Shown here piece after piece: positions 60,941 to 64,000 of a stretch of DNA of 64,000 bases (positions are counted from its first letter, which is position 1; every line of letters starts with the position of its first letter). Source of the DNA: Candidatus Kapaibacterium sp. (GTDB taxonomy: Bacteria; Bacteroidota; Ignavibacteria; Kapaibacteriales; UBA2268); the NCBI GenBank assembly GCA_963664875.1, contig OY761611.1:2304001-2368000 (forward strand). The letters are read 5' to 3'. A program made the position numbers and the translations under genes. The notes beneath the pieces were generated by a model. That model was not told the DNA's origin, ran no database searches, and was given only the letters and a program-made list of their open reading frames with translations.

Positions 60941-63130
60941 TTATTCCTCAAAATCTTTAAAATAAGTTCTAATTTTTCCTATTAGTAAATCTACAGCGTT
61001 GTTTTTTGCAGTCTTTTTACTATTCCCGGTCTGGGTAACTGATGCGGTAAAATCTTTGATTATTATTTCTGCTGTGCATTCGAATTCAGGTTCAGGAACT
61101 GATGAGATTTCTTTGAAAGTATAGATAGGCATGCGAGTGTCGAAATATTGGCAGATTAAGGATATTGCATTTGATTGCAAACCTTCTTCAATAAGTTTCC
61201 TGATTGCGTCGAGTCTATTATCTACTTTGGATACTGCGAAGTCTTGTAAATGGAGAAAAGCCATTTTAGCTGCCTTCTGTTTTGCAGTTTTCTTATTTTT
61301 CCCATTACCGTAAAATTCTAATACTTCTTCTTTATACTTTAATTCAAGTTTACATTTAAAACTTGTATTATTTTCCGGAAGAGGTTCTATGTAATAGCCA
61401 AGAAGTTTAATATCATTATTCTGCATGGTTAGTGTATTTATTAGACTTACCGAGTCTTCTATTGTAGATTCTTGAATATTTGAATGCTCAATGGTTTGAT
61501 CCTTATGTTGTGTATTCTCTTCTGTCTCTATATAATTTGTAGTGGGTTTTTCTGCTTCAATACAATTATTCTTAATAAAATCTACAAGTACTGCAGCACG
61601 CGAACTATTTATAGCTTCTTTTTTATTAGTGTTTGAAATTTTCAAAGTTGTAGTGTAGTATTTGTTGTCTGAAGTTTTGATATAAGTTCTGTTGTGAAAT
61701 ATATCTCCTTTTTTCTCAGTTTCCTCTTCTATTTCTGAAATCAAATTTTGTGACTGCATTAGATAAAGTATCTGTGAGCCTATACTTGGAATCTTAAGTA
61801 TATTATCGAGTATTGCATCTCTTATATCCGGTTCTGATTCTAACCAGTCAGATTCAAAAATAATATAATAAATTTCGATTGCAGTTATAGACATTGAATT
61901 TAGTCTATTTAGTATCTCTGTTTTTATTATTGGTTTTATCGCAGCTGAAGATCTCAGGTTTTTCAGGATGTTTTTAAAATCTCGTACTTCCATTTCAGAA
62001 AGCGCGTTGCTATTGATATTGATGAGACTTGCACTAATTTCTTGGTTGAAAATCTTTTTGAAATGTTCAGTCTTTTTTTCTCTTTCCTTTTCAAAAAAGT
62101 CATTTACAAAATTGCAATAATCTTCAATTTGTTCTATTGTAAATGGTATTGGTGAACCTGTTATGTGACTTCTGATAATAGTATGATTCAATAAATCAGG
62201 GAATCGTCTAATTGGCGAAGTAACATGTGCATAAGCCGGTAGGTTCAGAGCATAATGCCCTTTCAGTTTCGTTTCGTAAATAGCTCTGTTTTGCCATATA
62301 GACATTCTACTTATAAAAGTTGATAAGGTTGAAGGGTTGTTTATGGCGGTAAGCAGTTGATTGTGTACTTCTTCCCTGTCCGGAATATTTGATTTTACAG
62401 TATGATTTCTATATACAAACGGAATATCTTTCTCAGCAAAGTATCTTGCTGTTTCGGAATTAGTAAGTACCATCATTTCTTGAATAATCATATAGGCAAT
62501 TGCTACTTTTTTATTAGCAAATATCTTTACATTTCCTTCTTCATCTGTATATAAGCCCTTGTCTGGGTCAAAATATGAGAGTGCTCCCATTTGCTTTCTC
62601 TTATTGCTCAGTTTAATAGCAAGTTCGTAAGCATTTAAAAGCATTTTTTTGATTTCGGAATGATTTGTTTGATCAGTTAGAATATCCACTACATTTTCAT
62701 AAGTAAGTTTTGCGAGGCTCTTAATCTTCCTTTCTGAAATACTAAAGTCAACTACATCCAAAGAATCATCTAATTCGATATGGAAATTTATTGCAGGACG
62801 TTTAAATCCTTCTTTTAGACTCAATAATCGGAATGATAAAAAATTTGGCAGCATAGGAAGCGAAGATTCTTTTAAGTAAATTGTAGTTACAAGTTGAGAA
62901 GCATTTTCAAAGACAGGCGAATCAGCTTCTATATAAGCAGATGTGTCTGCAATTGCGATATCACAGATATACATATTATCTCTTTTTTCTACCCAAATAG
63001 TATCATCCATATCCTTTGTTTCAGCAGAGTCTATACTCAGACCATTAACTGATTCTCTGGATTTGAGATTTATATCTTTATTTTTTAAATTTTCTGCGTA
63101 CTCTATACATCTACCGGTAAATCTTGACAT
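60941..63130 (-). CDS. RNase II/R (RNB) catalytic domain fused to 2-3 C-terminal dsRNA-binding domains
   Basis: SIDSAETKDMDDTI, IAIAD, TIYL...PMLP, IIQEMMVLTN, GHYAL...YAHVTSPIRRFPDLLNH. dsRBD-like ends NTNKKEAINSS, GNGKNKKTAKQKAAKMAF and GNSKKTAKNNAVDLL. Confidence 0.85.
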   Translation of the reverse strand: MSRFTGRCIEYAENLKNKDINLKSRESVNGLSIDSAETKDMDDTIWVEKRDNMYICDIAIADTSAYIEADSPVFENASQLVTTIYLKESSLPMLPNFLSFRLLSLKEGFKRPAINFHIELDDSLDVVDFSISERKIKSLAKLTYENVVDILTDQTNHSEIKKMLLNAYELAIKLSNKRKQMGALSYFDPDKGLYTDEEGNVKIFANKKVAIAYMIIQEMMVLTNSETARYFAEKDIPFVYRNHTVKSNIPDREEVHNQLLTAINNPSTLSTFISRMSIWQNRAIYETKLKGHYALNLPAYAHVTSPIRRFPDLLNHTIIRSHITGSPIPFTIEQIEDYCNFVNDFFEKEREKKTEHFKKIFNQEISASLININSNALSEMEVRDFKNILKNLRSSAAIKPIIKTEILNRLNSMSITAIEIYYIIFESDWLESEPDIRDAILDNILKIPSIGSQILYLMQSQNLISEIEEETEKKGDIFHNRTYIKTSDNKYYTTTLKISNTNKKEAINSSRAAVLVDFIKNNCIEAEKPTTNYIETEENTQHKDQTIEHSNIQESTIEDSVSLINTLTMQNNDIKLLGYYIEPLPENNTSFKCKLELKYKEEVLEFYGNGKNKKTAKQKAAKMAFLHLQDFAVSKVDNRLDAIRKLIEEGLQSNAISLICQYFDTRMPIYTFKEISSVPEPEFECTAEIIIKDFTASVTQTGNSKKTAKNNAVDLLIGKIRTYFKDFEE

Positions 63131-63170
63131 GATATTGCGTTTATTACTTAAACAATTCCTTTAAAATAGT

Positions 63171-63209
63171 AAAAAAGCTGCCTTAGAAATAAATCCTTTT
63201 GGCAGCTTT
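63171..63209 (-). terminator. Terminator of the upstream T9SS protein gene
   Basis: AAAGCTGCC...GGCAGCTTT with a T-run on the minus strand. Confidence 0.7.
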
Positions 63210-63236
63210 AAAATAAATATTAAACATGACTACTTA

Positions 63237-64000
63237 TTATCTTGCTATAGTCATCATGTGTGTAAATCTTTGACCTTTGTATAGCATTTCAATAAAATAT
63301 GTTCCTATAGATAAATTTTCTGTAGAGAAGCTAACAGAATTTTTTCCTAAAGAACCTATGCTATTATAAATTGCTCCGACAAATCTACCGTGTGCATCAA
63401 AAATATTGAGAACGATAGGAGATGATTCAGGCAGAACAAAATCTATTGTAGTCATACCGGAAGCCGGATTCGGATAATTTGAAAGTTCCAATAAGCCGAA
63501 AGGAGAATCAAATACGGAGTTCGGATCATTTCCAATTCCGGTTAGAGTTACCTTTTGAACACCATTATCGGCATCGCTAACTATTGATAGCATTGCAGCT
63601 TTGCTTCCTTCACTCTTAGGACTAAATGAAATCTCTATGCTAGCAGAAGTAGAAGAATTCAAATCAAGTGGTAGATTGCTGTTATTAAAAGAGAAATTAT
63701 CTTTGTCCGAACCTACAAGTGATAAAGAAGTAATCTTCAAAGTAGTATTACCAAGATTTTGAACTGTAAGCTGAGCAGTGCTTGTTTCTCCAATATCAAC
63801 AGTCGGGAAAGCATAATTTGATTCGACTTCAAGTACTTTTGTAGTTGTAATGACTTCGGTACCTACACCGGTTACTGTAGCTTCAATCAAAGGAGTTTCA
63901 GCATCAGAGTATATTGATAATTTAGCCGATTTATTGCCTACTGTTACAGGAGCAAATTGAATTCTTATAGCAAGGTCTTTTCCTGCATCTATATATTGCT
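63237..64000 (-). CDS. T9SS cargo protein with Ig-like (choice-of-anchor D) domains, 5' end outside the window
   Basis: LTVQNLGNTTLKITSL Ig domain; NYPNP...IFDAHGRFV...GTYFI sorting domain. The frame runs to the window edge. Confidence 0.85.
   Translation of the reverse strand, partial: QYIDAGKDLAIRIQFAPVTVGNKSAKLSIYSDAETPLIEATVTGVGTEVITTTKVLEVESNYAFPTVDIGETSTAQLTVQNLGNTTLKITSLSLVGSDKDNFSFNNSNLPLDLNSSTSASIEISFSPKSEGSKAAMLSIVSDADNGVQKVTLTGIGNDPNSVFDSPFGLLELSNYPNPASGMTTIDFVLPESSPIVLNIFDAHGRFVGAIYNSIGSLGKNSVSFSTENLSIGTYFIEMLYKGQRFTHMMTIAR

Overview
AT-rich bacterial chromosome segment of an FCB-group organism. Five T9SS C-terminal-domain proteins, TAnnTTTG promoter motifs, hrcA and a stand-alone atpD-atpC pair suggest an Ignavibacteria/Kapabacteria-like lineage (inference). 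Most of the window is housekeeping or metabolic: hrcA, menH, ADP-forming acyl-CoA ligase, DsrC/TusE, uppP, atpD/atpC, serS, tRNA-His, tRNA-Glu and a heavy-metal RND operon. The right end (about 50.5-63.1 kb) is the unusual part. It holds a REP-bounded tandem duplication of SBBP/T9SS genes, a DnaA-box cluster (candidate oriC) beside serS, and five parS-like sites. The parS-like sites are interleaved with a ~1.6 kb array of two alternating, co-varying palindromic repeats that encloses a small GIY-YIG nuclease gene. Next to this is a two-gene operon of an RNase II/R catalytic domain fused to dsRNA-binding domains plus a MazG-like pyrophosphatase. Elsewhere there is a candidate RGPP ribosome-arrest leader upstream of the metal efflux operon, an integrase-less islet bounded by a ~155 bp duplication, and several probable pseudo-enzymes or pseudogenes. 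All calls come from reading the sequence by eye; no database searches were run.
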